IMG/VR virus record: IMGVR_UViG_3300048919_000048 | Location: 64,001 to 128,000 of that record | Origin: a virus | Length of the DNA stretch: 64,000 bases | Strand: one strand, 5' to 3' | Part shown: piece by piece, positions 9,446 to 20,208 of the stretch | Layout: each line of letters begins with the position of its first letter | How positions within the stretch are numbered: position 1 is the stretch's first letter | Notes under the pieces: generated by a model | Databases searched by the model: none | What the model saw: only the letters and a program-made list of their open reading frames with translations | What the model was told of the DNA's origin: nothing | Translations under genes and position numbers: made by a program

Positions 9446-9780
9446 TTGTTTCGACGGCTCTCCAGCATTACGTTGAGTACGGAGCGGATGTCTTTCTGAA
9501 GAGCGTTGTTCTCTTCTTTCGCTTCCTTACGCATGTCGTTAATGTCGGAGCGGATGTCGGTGATAGTGTCGGTGAGATGCTTGATCTTACGATCGAGAAT
9601 ATCATCAATACTATCCTTACTGACCATGCTTTCACGCAGCCGGATGATGTCTTTTTCAAGAGCATCCTGCTTTTCCTGCATTTTCTTAAAGTCTGAGTAA
9701 AAGATTTTGAGTACCCCCAACAATAGGAAAGTCACCAAACCCCAAAGAGACTTCAGAATCAACATAATATCAAGAGCCAT
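9442..9780 (-). CDS. N-terminal TM plus coiled-coil protein (holin/antiholin-like)
   Basis: Start MALDIML with AGGAG RBS; TM then heptad repeats. Confidence 0.65.
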   Translation of the reverse strand: MALDIMLILKSLWGLVTFLLLGVLKIFYSDFKKMQEKQDALEKDIIRLRESMVSKDSIDDILDRKIKHLTDTITDIRSDINDMRKEAKEENNALQKDIRSVLNVMLESRRNK

Positions 9781-9821
9781 GTGTCTTCTCCTGGGGCCGA
9801 GCAAGTGCCCGGCCTAAAAGG

Positions 9822-10337
9822 TTATGCAGTGGTGAATTCGGACCAGTCAACATCCCCTGCCGGGGTGTCGTCAGAAATCCGGTTTAGTTTAATACGAAGC
9901 TTGCGGAGAGCGTTGTATTTCTCAACCTCCTCGTCCGTAGCATCGCCCAAATCGACTGCATCCTGGAGAGGAACAATCAGATAGTTCAGCTTCTTGTAAG
10001 CCTCCTCCTTTCTGACAGATGTTGGGACCGATGGGTCAACATCCACCTGGTAGAGTTTCTTACCGTCGTAGATCCAAGTCTTGTCGAAAAGATTGAAACC
10101 TTCCGGCAGGACGTTAATATCCACAATGGAGAGTCCATGGGGCTGAGTAAAGACAAGATTCTTAGACTCAGTTGCACAACGAACGACCCCGAAGCTGTCA
10201 AACAAAACAACGTACTTCTTCGTGAATTTTGAACGTGTCTGGTAAAAGTCACGGCCCTTATCGTCACAAAGATACTGGATGCCCTCCCCGAAGGATTTCT
10301 CCTCCGGGTCATATGGGCGAATGTTATTCATTCGCAT
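9822..10337 (-). CDS. tail fibre assembly chaperone (Tfa-like)
   Basis: YLCDDKGRDFY and PLQDAVDLGDATDEE..LNRI..W motifs. Confidence 0.85.
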   Translation of the reverse strand: MRMNNIRPYDPEEKSFGEGIQYLCDDKGRDFYQTRSKFTKKYVVLFDSFGVVRCATESKNLVFTQPHGLSIVDINVLPEGFNLFDKTWIYDGKKLYQVDVDPSVPTSVRKEEAYKKLNYLIVPLQDAVDLGDATDEEVEKYNALRKLRIKLNRISDDTPAGDVDWSEFTTA

Positions 10338-10340
10338 TTA

Positions 10341-11963
10341 TTAGCCCTCGACAATTACCCATTCACCATTCACCTGCTTCAGAAGCGCCTTAAACTCGAT
10401 GTACTCGGCAGACTCTTTCTGGCGGACGTAAGTTACAACACAACCCGGAGGTGCCTGCAATGGGTCACCACGCTGCTGTACGCCGAGCTTGATGTCTTCC
10501 AGTGTCGGGGTAACAACCTCAGGGACAATCGTCACGGCACGAGTGGTAGAAACACCAGACAGTGTTCCTCGGACGGTGATTGTCGCTGTGCCCGGAGACA
10601 CACCAGTAACATACCCGGCGCTGTTCACAACAGCCACCCCGGCATTACTGGTCAGGTATTGCAAAGGTTCAGTCGCGCTGCTTGGGGTTCTGTTTACCGT
10701 CAACATCTTAGACTCATCGACCTGGATGTTACCCGGGTCTGCTACAGACAGACCTGTCAGGACTGAGTAGCTCGTAACTTGGATAACGGAGTTCATCCCG
10801 GTGGAGATGGATGCGATGATGTTCGTCGTGCCAGCACCAACCAGAGTGATCAGGCCGGAAGAGTTTACTGTCGCCACCGCAGGGTTCTGGCTGGTCCAAG
10901 TGACCGGGTACTGACCTGCAATTGAGGACGGCAGGACGTTGGCTGTGGCCTGCACGGAGTAACCAACACGGTTGCTGATGGTGTCTGGAGAAACCACGAT
11001 AGCCGTTGGTGACTGACCACCAGAGCTTTGCGCCTGATCCGTCTTGATGATATACATCACGGCGGCGTTCTTAGGACGGGTTTCCACCCCACCTTCGCTC
11101 ATGGCTTTAGTTGTGGACAGCGGCAAGCGGATAATGTAGTTATCGCTCTTGTTAGCACCACTAAGTTCATACCCAACAGTCCCCGCCGGGTACGGACCAG
11201 AAATGATGGAAGCACCTGCCGGAATACTGGCATTCTGGTACACCATCTGGAGGTAGTGCTCGTGAGCTTTCAGGGAGTCATCCTGAATAGATCCGAGACC
11301 ACGGTTAGGTTGCTCGTCGTATGCCGGGGAACCATGTGCCCAACCACGCAGGAACAGGCCACGGTAATCTGGGACAGTGTTGCGTCCGAGAACACCATAA
11401 AGCTTAGGGTTCTGTCCGGTGTTAAACACCTGACCGTTACACTCCAGCCACCCGTTTGGCGGGGTTGCACCAGGCCAAGGGATGATAGCGCCGATCGGAA
11501 CAAGACGAGGCTCAAGCTCGTCAATACGCCCGTTTACCTGTGCAATGGCAGAATCAAAGTCTTGACGCAGTTGAGTCAGATCGTTTCGAACACCTTGGAT
11601 CTCGTTCTTCAGTTCAAGAACTTTCTGGTCCACATAACGCTTCAGATCAGCAACACTCTGTTGGAGGTTGGTGATATCTTGACGAATAACGTTCAACTGC
11701 TGGTTAATGCGGGCTTCAAGTTCTTGCAGCAAGCGGGCAATTTCAGCCTCAAGCTCAGGGAACTTCTCATTAACAATCCAGTCGATCCACCCGGAGGACT
11801 GGTTGAGGATGTAGTTGAATTCCTCAGTGGCTGGCTTCTGTCCTTTATCATAGCCTTTGTCGAGCAAGTCGTCAATAGGCTTAGATTTGTTTGGTTTGCC
11901 AGTTCCCGGAAGGTTTACGTCCTCACGTGCCCAGACGTAAATTGGGTCCGTTGGTCTAGCCAT
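10341..11963 (-). CDS. tail fibre protein (tail-collar and Ig-like Big_2 domains)
   Basis: Start MARPTDP with GGAG RBS; PIGAIIPWPGATPPNGWLECNG collar; WTSQNPAVATV Ig repeats. Confidence 0.85.
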   Translation of the reverse strand: MARPTDPIYVWAREDVNLPGTGKPNKSKPIDDLLDKGYDKGQKPATEEFNYILNQSSGWIDWIVNEKFPELEAEIARLLQELEARINQQLNVIRQDITNLQQSVADLKRYVDQKVLELKNEIQGVRNDLTQLRQDFDSAIAQVNGRIDELEPRLVPIGAIIPWPGATPPNGWLECNGQVFNTGQNPKLYGVLGRNTVPDYRGLFLRGWAHGSPAYDEQPNRGLGSIQDDSLKAHEHYLQMVYQNASIPAGASIISGPYPAGTVGYELSGANKSDNYIIRLPLSTTKAMSEGGVETRPKNAAVMYIIKTDQAQSSGGQSPTAIVVSPDTISNRVGYSVQATANVLPSSIAGQYPVTWTSQNPAVATVNSSGLITLVGAGTTNIIASISTGMNSVIQVTSYSVLTGLSVADPGNIQVDESKMLTVNRTPSSATEPLQYLTSNAGVAVVNSAGYVTGVSPGTATITVRGTLSGVSTTRAVTIVPEVVTPTLEDIKLGVQQRGDPLQAPPGCVVTYVRQKESAEYIEFKALLKQVNGEWVIVEG

Positions 11964-11973
11964 TAAAATCTCC

Positions 11974-12618
11974 TCAGTTGAAGGCCCAGTCTTCTTCGTC
12001 GTCAGAAACGTACACGAGGGTGGACATACCACCCGCACCAGTGCGTTCTTCGTCGTAGACCGATGCGAATCCGAATGCCTGAGCATCCCCGCTGAACCCG
12101 AATGGATAACCTTGGTTCTCAACCACACGGAGGTGAGTCACCAGAGGTAGCATGTCAATGATTTCCGGGAGGATATCCGTGACTTCCATACAGGTATTGA
12201 AAATGTTAATATCGAGACGGTAGTTGTAGCCTTTGTAGGTTGTAACTCCGTCTTCCCCAAAGAGTTGCTTCAGGGTGGCGATGATGTCTGCACGGGTCCC
12301 GCTTTTGGAGTTGTTCCCGGTCAAGATCATGATCACAGCGCGATATTCTGGGTCATTCAAACCGTTACGGTAAATGCCCAATTGTCTGCCGATTTCATCA
12401 AGGATGGCGTCTTCAGCGTTCAGCGTGGTACGCAGTTCTGCAAGCTCGACCATCTTCTTGTCGATATATTCAAGGCGTTCCAGCAAGATCCGTAGAGTCT
12501 TCTCGAAGTTTTCTTTGCCGTCGAAGATACCGGAAGGGAGGTAATCAATACCCCCCTGCACGAAATCCGGCAGAGGGTGGATGTGGTTAACATCCTTCAG
12601 TACAACTTCCTCTGCCAT
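11974..12618 (-). CDS. baseplate wedge subunit (DUF2612-like)
   Basis: LDEIGRQLGIYR..D..YR motif; follows baseplate J. Confidence 0.75.
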   Translation of the reverse strand: MAEEVVLKDVNHIHPLPDFVQGGIDYLPSGIFDGKENFEKTLRILLERLEYIDKKMVELAELRTTLNAEDAILDEIGRQLGIYRNGLNDPEYRAVIMILTGNNSKSGTRADIIATLKQLFGEDGVTTYKGYNYRLDINIFNTCMEVTDILPEIIDMLPLVTHLRVVENQGYPFGFSGDAQAFGFASVYDEERTGAGGMSTLVYVSDDEEDWAFN

Positions 12619-12627
12619 TTTTACTCC

Positions 12628-14112
12628 TTACACGATCTGACTGAAGATCACGTCCTCAGGTTCCAAAGAGAAGACCTCCGTCGTCCCCGCCGTAACGTCT
12701 GTGTTGACGTAGGAGGAATCAGGGGCACCTTTGTTCTTGATGTCCACAAAGACCTGTGTGAATCGATCCGGGGAGGTTGAACTCATGACAGTTCCCACTA
12801 GACGAACGTTATAAAGCGTCCCGGCGATCATTGTACCGTTCACCGCTGTCGCCAGGCCGTTTGCGATGCTCGTCTCTTCCGTAACAGACAGTGGGCGTCC
12901 ACGGTAACGAACACGGATCTGAAGCTCACGGGCAGTTGCCTTCGTGTGCCAGATTCGTTCAATCTGGTCATCTTCAGTGGTGATGTCGTAGAACGTGTCA
13001 CCATACGTGTTATTCGATGCAGCGATCGTGTCATAAAGCACTTGACTAATCTCTGCCGTTCCTCCACCATAACACACAGTCATGAAGCGATAAGGTGGGA
13101 TTCCCAAACTGTTGGTCTTGTCCGTATTGTTGTTGAAGATACGAACCTTCTCAATGCCTTCCACCTTGTTCAGGAGCGCCGCCAGAATTGCCGGGCGGGT
13201 AGCCTTCCCTTCGTTGATGGACTGAGTGGCACGGATTCGGTATTCGTTGTCAGATTCAACATCTGATCCGTCGATGAAGGCCGTCAGGTTATCCATCGCC
13301 ACAAATCCACCCGGTGTTGGGTTGATGGTGGTAACGGAGTGGATATCACGAGAGATGTAGCCCGGCTCGATAGAGCGGACATCCATTGAGATGGTCTTTG
13401 TGCCAACCATCGGGTTTGTACGGAAGTCAACTCGACTTGACAGGCCGATCATGTTCTTGTTAGAATCATAACCGATGTACAACGCCCCTTCGGCTGAATC
13501 AATGATGATCCTGTCTTGGTTGGAAAGGATCGTGTTATTTACGATGAAGTCCTTGATTTGCCCGAAGAATGTCATCAGGGGCTGTCCGGATGTCGCCGTA
13601 AGATTCAGGGTGAGGGTTTTTACAGTCTGGTCGGTTGTGTTCTGGATTTGGAATCGGTAAGATCCGACTGTCAAATCCGTACCCCGGATTAGCTGGGCCA
13701 CAATATTACCTGCCACCTGAACATCAGATGATAGCTCGTAATCAGTATCAATGGTGTAGGTAGAGGCAGAATAAATCATATTGTACGGGACTGAGGAATC
13801 GATCGTCATGACGACTGTCCCGGTACTGCGGGTCTTTCCGAGGCGGTAGATACCGCGCTTGCCCAACAGGTCGTCCAAGTAGATGCCCTCGGCACCTTGC
13901 ATGGTCTGGGCGTAGTATACGGACCCCATCAAGAGCCAGAGTTGGTACTCTCGCTCGTTAAAAATCTGAATCAGCTTGTCCGCAACGGAGTTGCTCTCGG
14001 TGTTGAAATCTTCACCAAAGGCGGACTTGAAAGTCTTCTTCGTTTCTTGAACAAGGTCATCCATCGGCGGGAGGTTAAATCCACTGCCTGTCAAACCATA
14101 ATTCTCCGCCAT
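12628..14112 (-). CDS. baseplate J-like protein
   Basis: AEGIYLDDL, GSDVESDNEYRIR motifs. Confidence 0.85.
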   Translation of the reverse strand: MAENYGLTGSGFNLPPMDDLVQETKKTFKSAFGEDFNTESNSVADKLIQIFNEREYQLWLLMGSVYYAQTMQGAEGIYLDDLLGKRGIYRLGKTRSTGTVVMTIDSSVPYNMIYSASTYTIDTDYELSSDVQVAGNIVAQLIRGTDLTVGSYRFQIQNTTDQTVKTLTLNLTATSGQPLMTFFGQIKDFIVNNTILSNQDRIIIDSAEGALYIGYDSNKNMIGLSSRVDFRTNPMVGTKTISMDVRSIEPGYISRDIHSVTTINPTPGGFVAMDNLTAFIDGSDVESDNEYRIRATQSINEGKATRPAILAALLNKVEGIEKVRIFNNNTDKTNSLGIPPYRFMTVCYGGGTAEISQVLYDTIAASNNTYGDTFYDITTEDDQIERIWHTKATARELQIRVRYRGRPLSVTEETSIANGLATAVNGTMIAGTLYNVRLVGTVMSSTSPDRFTQVFVDIKNKGAPDSSYVNTDVTAGTTEVFSLEPEDVIFSQIV

Positions 14113-14171
14113 TACTCCTCCTGCGCTTAAATTAGGCGATAAGCGTATTTTATCATATTACACTGAGAATT

Positions 14172-14200
14172 AAAAGAAAAGGGAGCCAGAGGCTCCCTTT
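14172..14200 (-). terminator. intrinsic terminator
   Basis: GGGAGCC AGA GGCTCCC with T-tract. Confidence 0.75.
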
Positions 14201-14201
14201 G

Positions 14202-14735
14202 TCATTTCCAAGTATTAACCCACGTACTGTCGCCATATTTCGGCAGTTGGAAGTTAATAAGGTAGTACAGTTTGTTCTTGAAGTTGATGATGACACCTTC
14301 ATCACCACACAGTTGCACGTTGCCCTCTGGTGGTGTAGGATACTGGTACTGGTCCTCACCGATAAACGCAAGGTTAATCTCCTCGCCTTCGGCAGTGACT
14401 ACGGTAAAGTAGCATTTATAGGAACGGCCCACGACATCCATAGTGGAGTCAAAATCAACGATCTGAAGAACGTCCGGCTCCTGACGGACCTCTGACTTGA
14501 TCCTTCCGTCAAGAACGGCTTTTACCGTTTTCTTCCCAACGAAGGTCCGGTAAGGGAAGCCAAACGTCTCGTCGAAGTACCAGTCCCCAGACCAAATGGC
14601 GAAGCGAAGATACAGACGTTGACGAAGAGAAAGCTGGTTCGTTAGGGCCAGCTTCATGCCCCGGTTACCCGGGACACCGAAGTCCAGATCCCCGGTCAAG
14701 GGATCGAGGAGCAGGTCTTTATATTGAGTAGCCAT
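14202..14735 (-). CDS. baseplate wedge/sheath initiator (gp25-like)
   Basis: QRLYLRF..W.GDWYFDETFGFPY motif. Confidence 0.75.
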   Translation of the reverse strand: MATQYKDLLLDPLTGDLDFGVPGNRGMKLALTNQLSLRQRLYLRFAIWSGDWYFDETFGFPYRTFVGKKTVKAVLDGRIKSEVRQEPDVLQIVDFDSTMDVVGRSYKCYFTVVTAEGEEINLAFIGEDQYQYPTPPEGNVQLCGDEGVIINFKNKLYYLINFQLPKYGDSTWVNTWK

Positions 14736-14743
14736 AATTCCCC

Positions 14744-15448
14744 TTAGGCATTTGGAGGTTGGGTGTTGTTAGAACCAGAACCGTCTGTCCAAGTGTAGAA
14801 GTGACTATGACGCTTGAAGTATTCGAAGAAGTCATCCACATCGACACCATTTGCCGTAATGATTCTCCCGGCTGGTGTAATCCGGGCACCGTTAACGGTC
14901 ACCATCCCGGAAGGGTCCATGACAAGTGACCCCGGGCCATTATTAATCTTTACGTTGCCGTCAGCCAATGCTTCCACGGACACCTTCGGGTTAGCCAAGG
15001 AGGCGTCACCATTGGGCTTCAGAGTCAGAACCGCCTTGTCATTCTCCAACACGACGTTGTCCGGGTGAATAGCCTTCGAGTTATCATCCGTAAAGATCTG
15101 GGTCACAGCCCAACCTGCAAAAAGCTGATGGGTGTTCTGATCGTTGTTATCCCCCTCGTTTCGTTCAGAGAAGGACAGGCCGACGATATCCCCCGGCTTG
15201 ATCGGCATCGTGAGACGGGCCTTGCCGTTCGCTCCCGATGGAAGAAGGACGGGAACATCATAAATGACCGGGTATCGGTCAGTGGTGCCGGAGGGGAACT
15301 CTGTGTAGGCCATCGGCTGAACATCAACGGACGGCCCTTTGTAATTCACCCCGACCACTTTGCCACGGATATTCGTGTGGACGTTGTTACGCAGGAAACG
15401 GGAGATGTAAATCCCGAATGCTGCATCATAGCGGTCAGTATATGCCAC
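14744..15448 (-). CDS. baseplate spike protein
   Basis: OB-like VDVQP..DVPV..PIKPGD; C-terminal HSH metal-binding tip. Confidence 0.8.
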   Translation of the reverse strand: MAYTDRYDAAFGIYISRFLRNNVHTNIRGKVVGVNYKGPSVDVQPMAYTEFPSGTTDRYPVIYDVPVLLPSGANGKARLTMPIKPGDIVGLSFSERNEGDNNDQNTHQLFAGWAVTQIFTDDNSKAIHPDNVVLENDKAVLTLKPNGDASLANPKVSVEALADGNVKINNGPGSLVMDPSGMVTVNGARITPAGRIITANGVDVDDFFEYFKRHSHFYTWTDGSGSNNTQPPNA

Positions 15449-15457
15449 GTCAACTCC

Positions 15458-16438
15458 TTATTGCATAAGTTCGCCACGGGTCTCTACCAACCCGAGTTCG
15501 GTCACCCAGTCCCCAGTTTCATATCCACCACGGTGGGTAAGCTCTGCCACCTTGTAGAAGCCTTTGTGGTAGCGGGTGTTGAGATATACAGTTGATTCCG
15601 GTAGGATAGCGCCGTTCAGAAGTGTGGTTACAGTCATACCCACGTCCTCCTTGATGTCGTGCTCCTTGGCCTTCTTAGAAGGCTTCTTGGGCTTCGCCCC
15701 GGCCTTCTCTTTGGCTTTGGCTGCAAGCAACTTCTTGGAAGATGCAGGCTGCTTCGGGGTCGGTGTCCCTACCATGCCGCCTTCTTCGGAGATCTCGAAC
15801 ATGACATTATTGAAGCGAGAACCCTCTCTTGTCCAGTACACGGCACCATCTTGCACCGAGAACGTAGATCCTGTATTCTTTGCCAGGTTAGCAAGGTTTT
15901 GGGATGCATTCCCGGTGAACGCCATGGACGTCTGAAGGGTTTGGTTACCAAAGTCGATCACACGGCCCTTTGGCAGCTTCAAATCGTTGATCAGGTCGTT
16001 AAGGACACTGTTCAATGGTGTCCCTTTACGATATGACCGGGCAGTTGTGGCAGTCGTAAGGTTCAGCGTTCCATCACCCAAGATGAACTTGGTTTCTCGG
16101 GTCTCTGCTTCGAAGTTATCCTCCACATACTCAACCGTGCCGGAGAAGATCAGCTTCTCATCGCCATTGTATCCTGCATGGAGCATCACCGCAAGGGACT
16201 CTCGCTGGTTTACTGACAAGTAGTTGACAACCTCATCAGATAGGTTGTACACTGTGACATAACCCTTGTTAGGCTCCTTCGAGTTATCTTTCTTCACGTT
16301 GAATTCCATGTGAAGCTCTTTGATCTCGTAGGCATTGCCTTTGCTGGTGTTGGTATACTTCTCGATGTTAACTGGCTTTTCGCCAATCGACACCGGGCGA
16401 CCAATCACCAAGGTATATGTCCTCTCCATCGCTCTCAT
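15458..16438 (-). CDS. baseplate hub protein
   Basis: PNKGYVTVYNLS..AGY..IFSG motifs, synteny. Confidence 0.8.
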   Translation of the reverse strand: MRAMERTYTLVIGRPVSIGEKPVNIEKYTNTSKGNAYEIKELHMEFNVKKDNSKEPNKGYVTVYNLSDEVVNYLSVNQRESLAVMLHAGYNGDEKLIFSGTVEYVEDNFEAETRETKFILGDGTLNLTTATTARSYRKGTPLNSVLNDLINDLKLPKGRVIDFGNQTLQTSMAFTGNASQNLANLAKNTGSTFSVQDGAVYWTREGSRFNNVMFEISEEGGMVGTPTPKQPASSKKLLAAKAKEKAGAKPKKPSKKAKEHDIKEDVGMTVTTLLNGAILPESTVYLNTRYHKGFYKVAELTHRGGYETGDWVTELGLVETRGELMQ

Positions 16439-16803
16439 TATTCTTCCTCCACATCCTCAAGCAAGGATGAATAAGTCATCTGAACCCCAGACAAAGGGCC
16501 GATATTGAAACGCCCGGCTCGGGTCCGGATATCTCCCAAGGGCCACAGTACCAAGTTACCATCTGGGATGTTGTCAAGGTAACGATAAGGGGCCAAGATA
16601 TCTGAGTAACAGGTCAGTTTAGACGTGATGGTTGGCACCGGGGCACCAACATCCCCAAAGGACATAAACCACGACTCATCTCGCTCGTTCCACATGAAAC
16701 GAAGTTCGTAAGTCACGGAGTCCAGAACCACACGGAATGTTTCATCCGGGTATCCGCTCAGTGAAAAGTCAAATGTGCGGACAACTGTTTTTGTTTCAGC
16801 CAT
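16438..16803 (-). CDS. virion/baseplate structural protein
   Basis: LRFMWNERDESWFM motif, synteny. Confidence 0.7.
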   Translation of the reverse strand: MAETKTVVRTFDFSLSGYPDETFRVVLDSVTYELRFMWNERDESWFMSFGDVGAPVPTITSKLTCYSDILAPYRYLDNIPDGNLVLWPLGDIRTRAGRFNIGPLSGVQMTYSSLLEDVEEE

Positions 16804-16805
16804 GA

Positions 16806-17675
16806 TTACGGTCTCTTCAGTGAGTTAGGGTCAAATGGAAGCTTGGCACCCGGCTTGCCGGAGAAGTCCGTCGTTCCAACCATCTGGTTCTCCCAGCGCT
16901 CCTTTGTAGCCGCATTCTTCCCGATATAGGGAGTCTGACGCTTCTGCTTGTCACTATCATCCACAGCGCCACCTTCTGCCGTCTGCTTGTTCCCTGAGTT
17001 GGCATTCTTCGCCTTCTTCGGGTCCGCAACTTTGGCCTGGGCGAGCACCGTCAGGTTAGCATTCTTGAATCGAAACTCCTCAAGACTAACCTGTACAGTA
17101 ATGGAAGATCCTGTCTCTGAACTACGGTCAACTTGGAAGTTAGTGATCACATAGTTGGTCAGGATGTTATCTTCAGTCACCAACGTTACCAACTGGTGCG
17201 AGTCGGCAATCAGTTCCAGGATCTCGATGGCCTTCGCCGGACGGCGGGCCTCCATCGGGTTTTCCTTGTTGGTGTCTCGGTCAATCATGTTGCGGGGGTC
17301 AATCAGGTAAGGAGAGTCAGTAACAACCCCAGTGAAAGAAAATTTACCATCTTGCGTGGTTACGTGGTCAGAGGCTTTTGCCTTTGACTCCACGGCATAG
17401 CTTGACTTGTTGTAGTCCTTTGTGTAAGAATGGTTTGTAACGGAGTCGAAGAGGATTGCCAGATCATCCGTCTGGTTTTTGCTCTCGAACTCGTTGAGTC
17501 GCCCACGGCGGAGGCCGGAAACGAACATGGTGTACTGAATGTCCTCTCGGGCCTTGGCATTAGCAACTGCCGTTTCTTTCCGATCGACTCCAGCCCGCCA
17601 GTCGTCAACGGCTTGCTTCATTTTCTTTTCTTGTTCCGTTGACGGAACGTAAACACCGTTTTCGTAACTTGCCAT
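16806..17675 (-). CDS. tail tube initiator/Dit-like protein
   Basis: YAVES...SDH motif directly after tape measure. Confidence 0.7.
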   Translation of the reverse strand: MASYENGVYVPSTEQEKKMKQAVDDWRAGVDRKETAVANAKAREDIQYTMFVSGLRRGRLNEFESKNQTDDLAILFDSVTNHSYTKDYNKSSYAVESKAKASDHVTTQDGKFSFTGVVTDSPYLIDPRNMIDRDTNKENPMEARRPAKAIEILELIADSHQLVTLVTEDNILTNYVITNFQVDRSSETGSSITVQVSLEEFRFKNANLTVLAQAKVADPKKAKNANSGNKQTAEGGAVDDSDKQKRQTPYIGKNAATKERWENQMVGTTDFSGKPGAKLPFDPNSLKRP

Positions 17676-17718
17676 AAAAGTCCTCCTGTGCTAGTATTTT
17701 AGCATGAATACAGGCAAT

Positions 17719-17740
17719 AAAAAAGGGGCCGAAGCCCCTT
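17719..17740 (-). terminator. intrinsic terminator
   Basis: AGGGGC TTCG GCCCCT T-tract. Confidence 0.8.
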
Positions 17741-17742
17741 GA

Positions 17743-20178
17743 TTAGTTAGGTCCACCCTGAATCAACATGTTGAAGTTGAACTGGTTGTTCTCGTCAACA
17801 ACGGCACGGATCATGTTCTTCAGTTCGCCAGCCTTGATCTCGATGGTCACGTTACCTTCGACCTTCTGAGGCTGCGCTGGGAATGGAATTCCTGTTGGTC
17901 CGGTGATCCCGGCACCCGGGCCTGGGGTCCCGATAGTCGGTGCATTGAGATTACGAGGTTTGTTGAACCATTCGTCAAGGACATCCATCAGGCCAACGGG
18001 ATGAAGTGACATACCGTACTTCTCTTGCATTGCCTGTTGGTCAATCCCTGCTTCAGCAAGACGTTCGTCACCACGTTTAACGAAGCGGTCATTCAACATG
18101 CTTCCGCCTGCGTAAACCTCACCGAGGATACCCAGTTTGGCAAACTTACCGAGGGCCTTCCAACGTTCCAAGAAGGACAGGGGCTTAGGAGGACCCGCAG
18201 GGCCACCTGGGGTTCCGGCAGCAGGACCCGCAGGTCCAGCCCCTGGTCCACCCGTGGAAGCAGGGCCACCCATTGATTCACGGATAGCAACAAGGGCACC
18301 ACGCAGGCCAGCGATTTTTGTCAGGATCTTGAAGATTCTGTTCAACCCGCCGACGAAGATCCCGATTCCGAGAGCATATCCGGCCCAATCGAAGACTTGC
18401 TTCAGCATGTCCCCCTGATAACCGAGCTTCTCTGCGTAGTAGCTGACGATACGATCCAAGAGCACGAAGTCATCGTGGATCTCTGTCACCATGTCCCAGA
18501 ACCCTTCGATTACGTTCCCGAAGAAACGACCGAGGTTTTTGGCAAGGTCACCGTTACTATCGAGGATCTTGGCAAGGTCACGGAACACACGAGTCATCTG
18601 CTCACCGAAGCCACCTTCGAAGACGGCGTTCTGGAAGTTAACCCACGTCTGCTGCATCTGCTGCATAGCCACTCGGTTGCTGTTCAGCGCCTTATCCAGC
18701 GCACCACCCTTACGGGCAGCTTCAGAGAAGTATTTGGCAACATACGGCAGAACTTTGGCAGATTTCAATTCACCCTTCTGCATCATATCCATCAGTTTTT
18801 CAACGTCGATGGTTGTATCGCCAAAGGCTTCTTGTGCTGCCTTAACGAACACTTGCAGGGAGCCGGGAATACCTTCCGCCAACTGACCTTTCAATTCTTC
18901 AGCCATGATCTGGCCTTTACCCATCATCTGCCCGATCGCGGTGATACCACGCTGGAACTTGACCGGATCCACCTGAAGGGCTGTGGCGTACTCAGAGAAG
19001 CCTTTGAACAGTTCATCGTTCTGAGCCTTGTTCAAGATACCGTCGGAGTTGACGGACATCTGTACGTAACCCTGAGAAGCAATCTTCAGATCCAAGCCCA
19101 AACGGTATGCCTGATCTTTCAGGAACTTGATTCGTTTAGCCGCCTCATCTGATGAATCAGAAACCATCGTCATAGTCGCATCCATACCCTGGAAGAACTG
19201 ACCCTGACGGAGAACTGAAGCGCCGGATGCAAATACCCCATAGGCTGCTCCCGCATTCAGCAGTTGGGAACGAATATCACCAAGGGCCGCTCCAAACCCG
19301 CCCGCATTCGCTTGAGCGGAACGGAACTGTCGTTCCAGCGCCTGGATGCTCTGACGGTACTGACCTGCTGAGAGTGTGCCAGCCTTGAACTGTTTGTTCA
19401 ACTCTTGGATGCCATTACCTGCACCGTCTCTTCCGAGGGAGCTTTGATAATTGCGTCCGTATTTTGAAGAAAGGCGGATTCGCTGCTGGGACATCACATC
19501 GTCGATGCGGGCTGCACGGGCAGCTTCAGAAGCACGTTGACGAGCCTCTGCTTTTGTCTTACGATCCTGTGCCTGAGACTGAGTACGGATACGACCAGCC
19601 ATTGCCCGGTTTTGACGAGCAATCAATTCTGGGTTGTACGGTTTGTTCGGATCTCCCACCATCCCGGTGCCGAAGCCACTACGAGGGGGAAGAGGAACAG
19701 AGTTGATGCGGGTAACGTTGAGGGGACGAGATGCAGCATTCATACCAGTCGTTGCTTTACGGTTGGCTTTTTTGGCCTCACGCTCTTGCTGCTGGTAGAA
19801 CTTCCTCATCTCTGACATCCCCTCACGGGGTGCGGTCATCTGCTTGACCTTCTGGCGAATGCGGGCTGAAGAAGCTTTAGCGATTGCCTCTTTGGCACGA
19901 GCCTCTTTTTTGGCAATGGCGATGCTGTAGTCGGATGCACGTTTTTCTTCACGCATACGGGTTTCAGCCAGGCGCTTGTTCACCAAACGCATCTGGGCGG
20001 CAGACTTGTCATAAGCTTTCGCCGGGTCTTTCTTAGGCTTGGTGATGGCATCGGATGCCTTCTCCCATTCCTTGCCCACCTGGCGAATCTGTTTTACCGC
20101 ACGGTTATAGGAAGCCTTATCGACCTCAAATGTTGTACGGTTGACCGTTTTGGTTACGATCACGTTTCCACTTGCCAT
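17743..20178 (-). CDS. tape measure protein
   Basis: AIGQMMGKGQIMAEELKGQLAE motif; helical; synteny. Confidence 0.9.
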   Translation of the reverse strand: MASGNVIVTKTVNRTTFEVDKASYNRAVKQIRQVGKEWEKASDAITKPKKDPAKAYDKSAAQMRLVNKRLAETRMREEKRASDYSIAIAKKEARAKEAIAKASSARIRQKVKQMTAPREGMSEMRKFYQQQEREAKKANRKATTGMNAASRPLNVTRINSVPLPPRSGFGTGMVGDPNKPYNPELIARQNRAMAGRIRTQSQAQDRKTKAEARQRASEAARAARIDDVMSQQRIRLSSKYGRNYQSSLGRDGAGNGIQELNKQFKAGTLSAGQYRQSIQALERQFRSAQANAGGFGAALGDIRSQLLNAGAAYGVFASGASVLRQGQFFQGMDATMTMVSDSSDEAAKRIKFLKDQAYRLGLDLKIASQGYVQMSVNSDGILNKAQNDELFKGFSEYATALQVDPVKFQRGITAIGQMMGKGQIMAEELKGQLAEGIPGSLQVFVKAAQEAFGDTTIDVEKLMDMMQKGELKSAKVLPYVAKYFSEAARKGGALDKALNSNRVAMQQMQQTWVNFQNAVFEGGFGEQMTRVFRDLAKILDSNGDLAKNLGRFFGNVIEGFWDMVTEIHDDFVLLDRIVSYYAEKLGYQGDMLKQVFDWAGYALGIGIFVGGLNRIFKILTKIAGLRGALVAIRESMGGPASTGGPGAGPAGPAAGTPGGPAGPPKPLSFLERWKALGKFAKLGILGEVYAGGSMLNDRFVKRGDERLAEAGIDQQAMQEKYGMSLHPVGLMDVLDEWFNKPRNLNAPTIGTPGPGAGITGPTGIPFPAQPQKVEGNVTIEIKAGELKNMIRAVVDENNQFNFNMLIQGGPN

Positions 20179-20208
20179 TGCGCCTCCTCTGGCGGTAGCC
20201 GTGGAGGT

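Noticed and set aside
5755-11963. Diversity-generating retroelement or invertible fibre locus
   Set aside because: No reverse transcriptase, invertase, template/variable repeat pair or inversion sites seen
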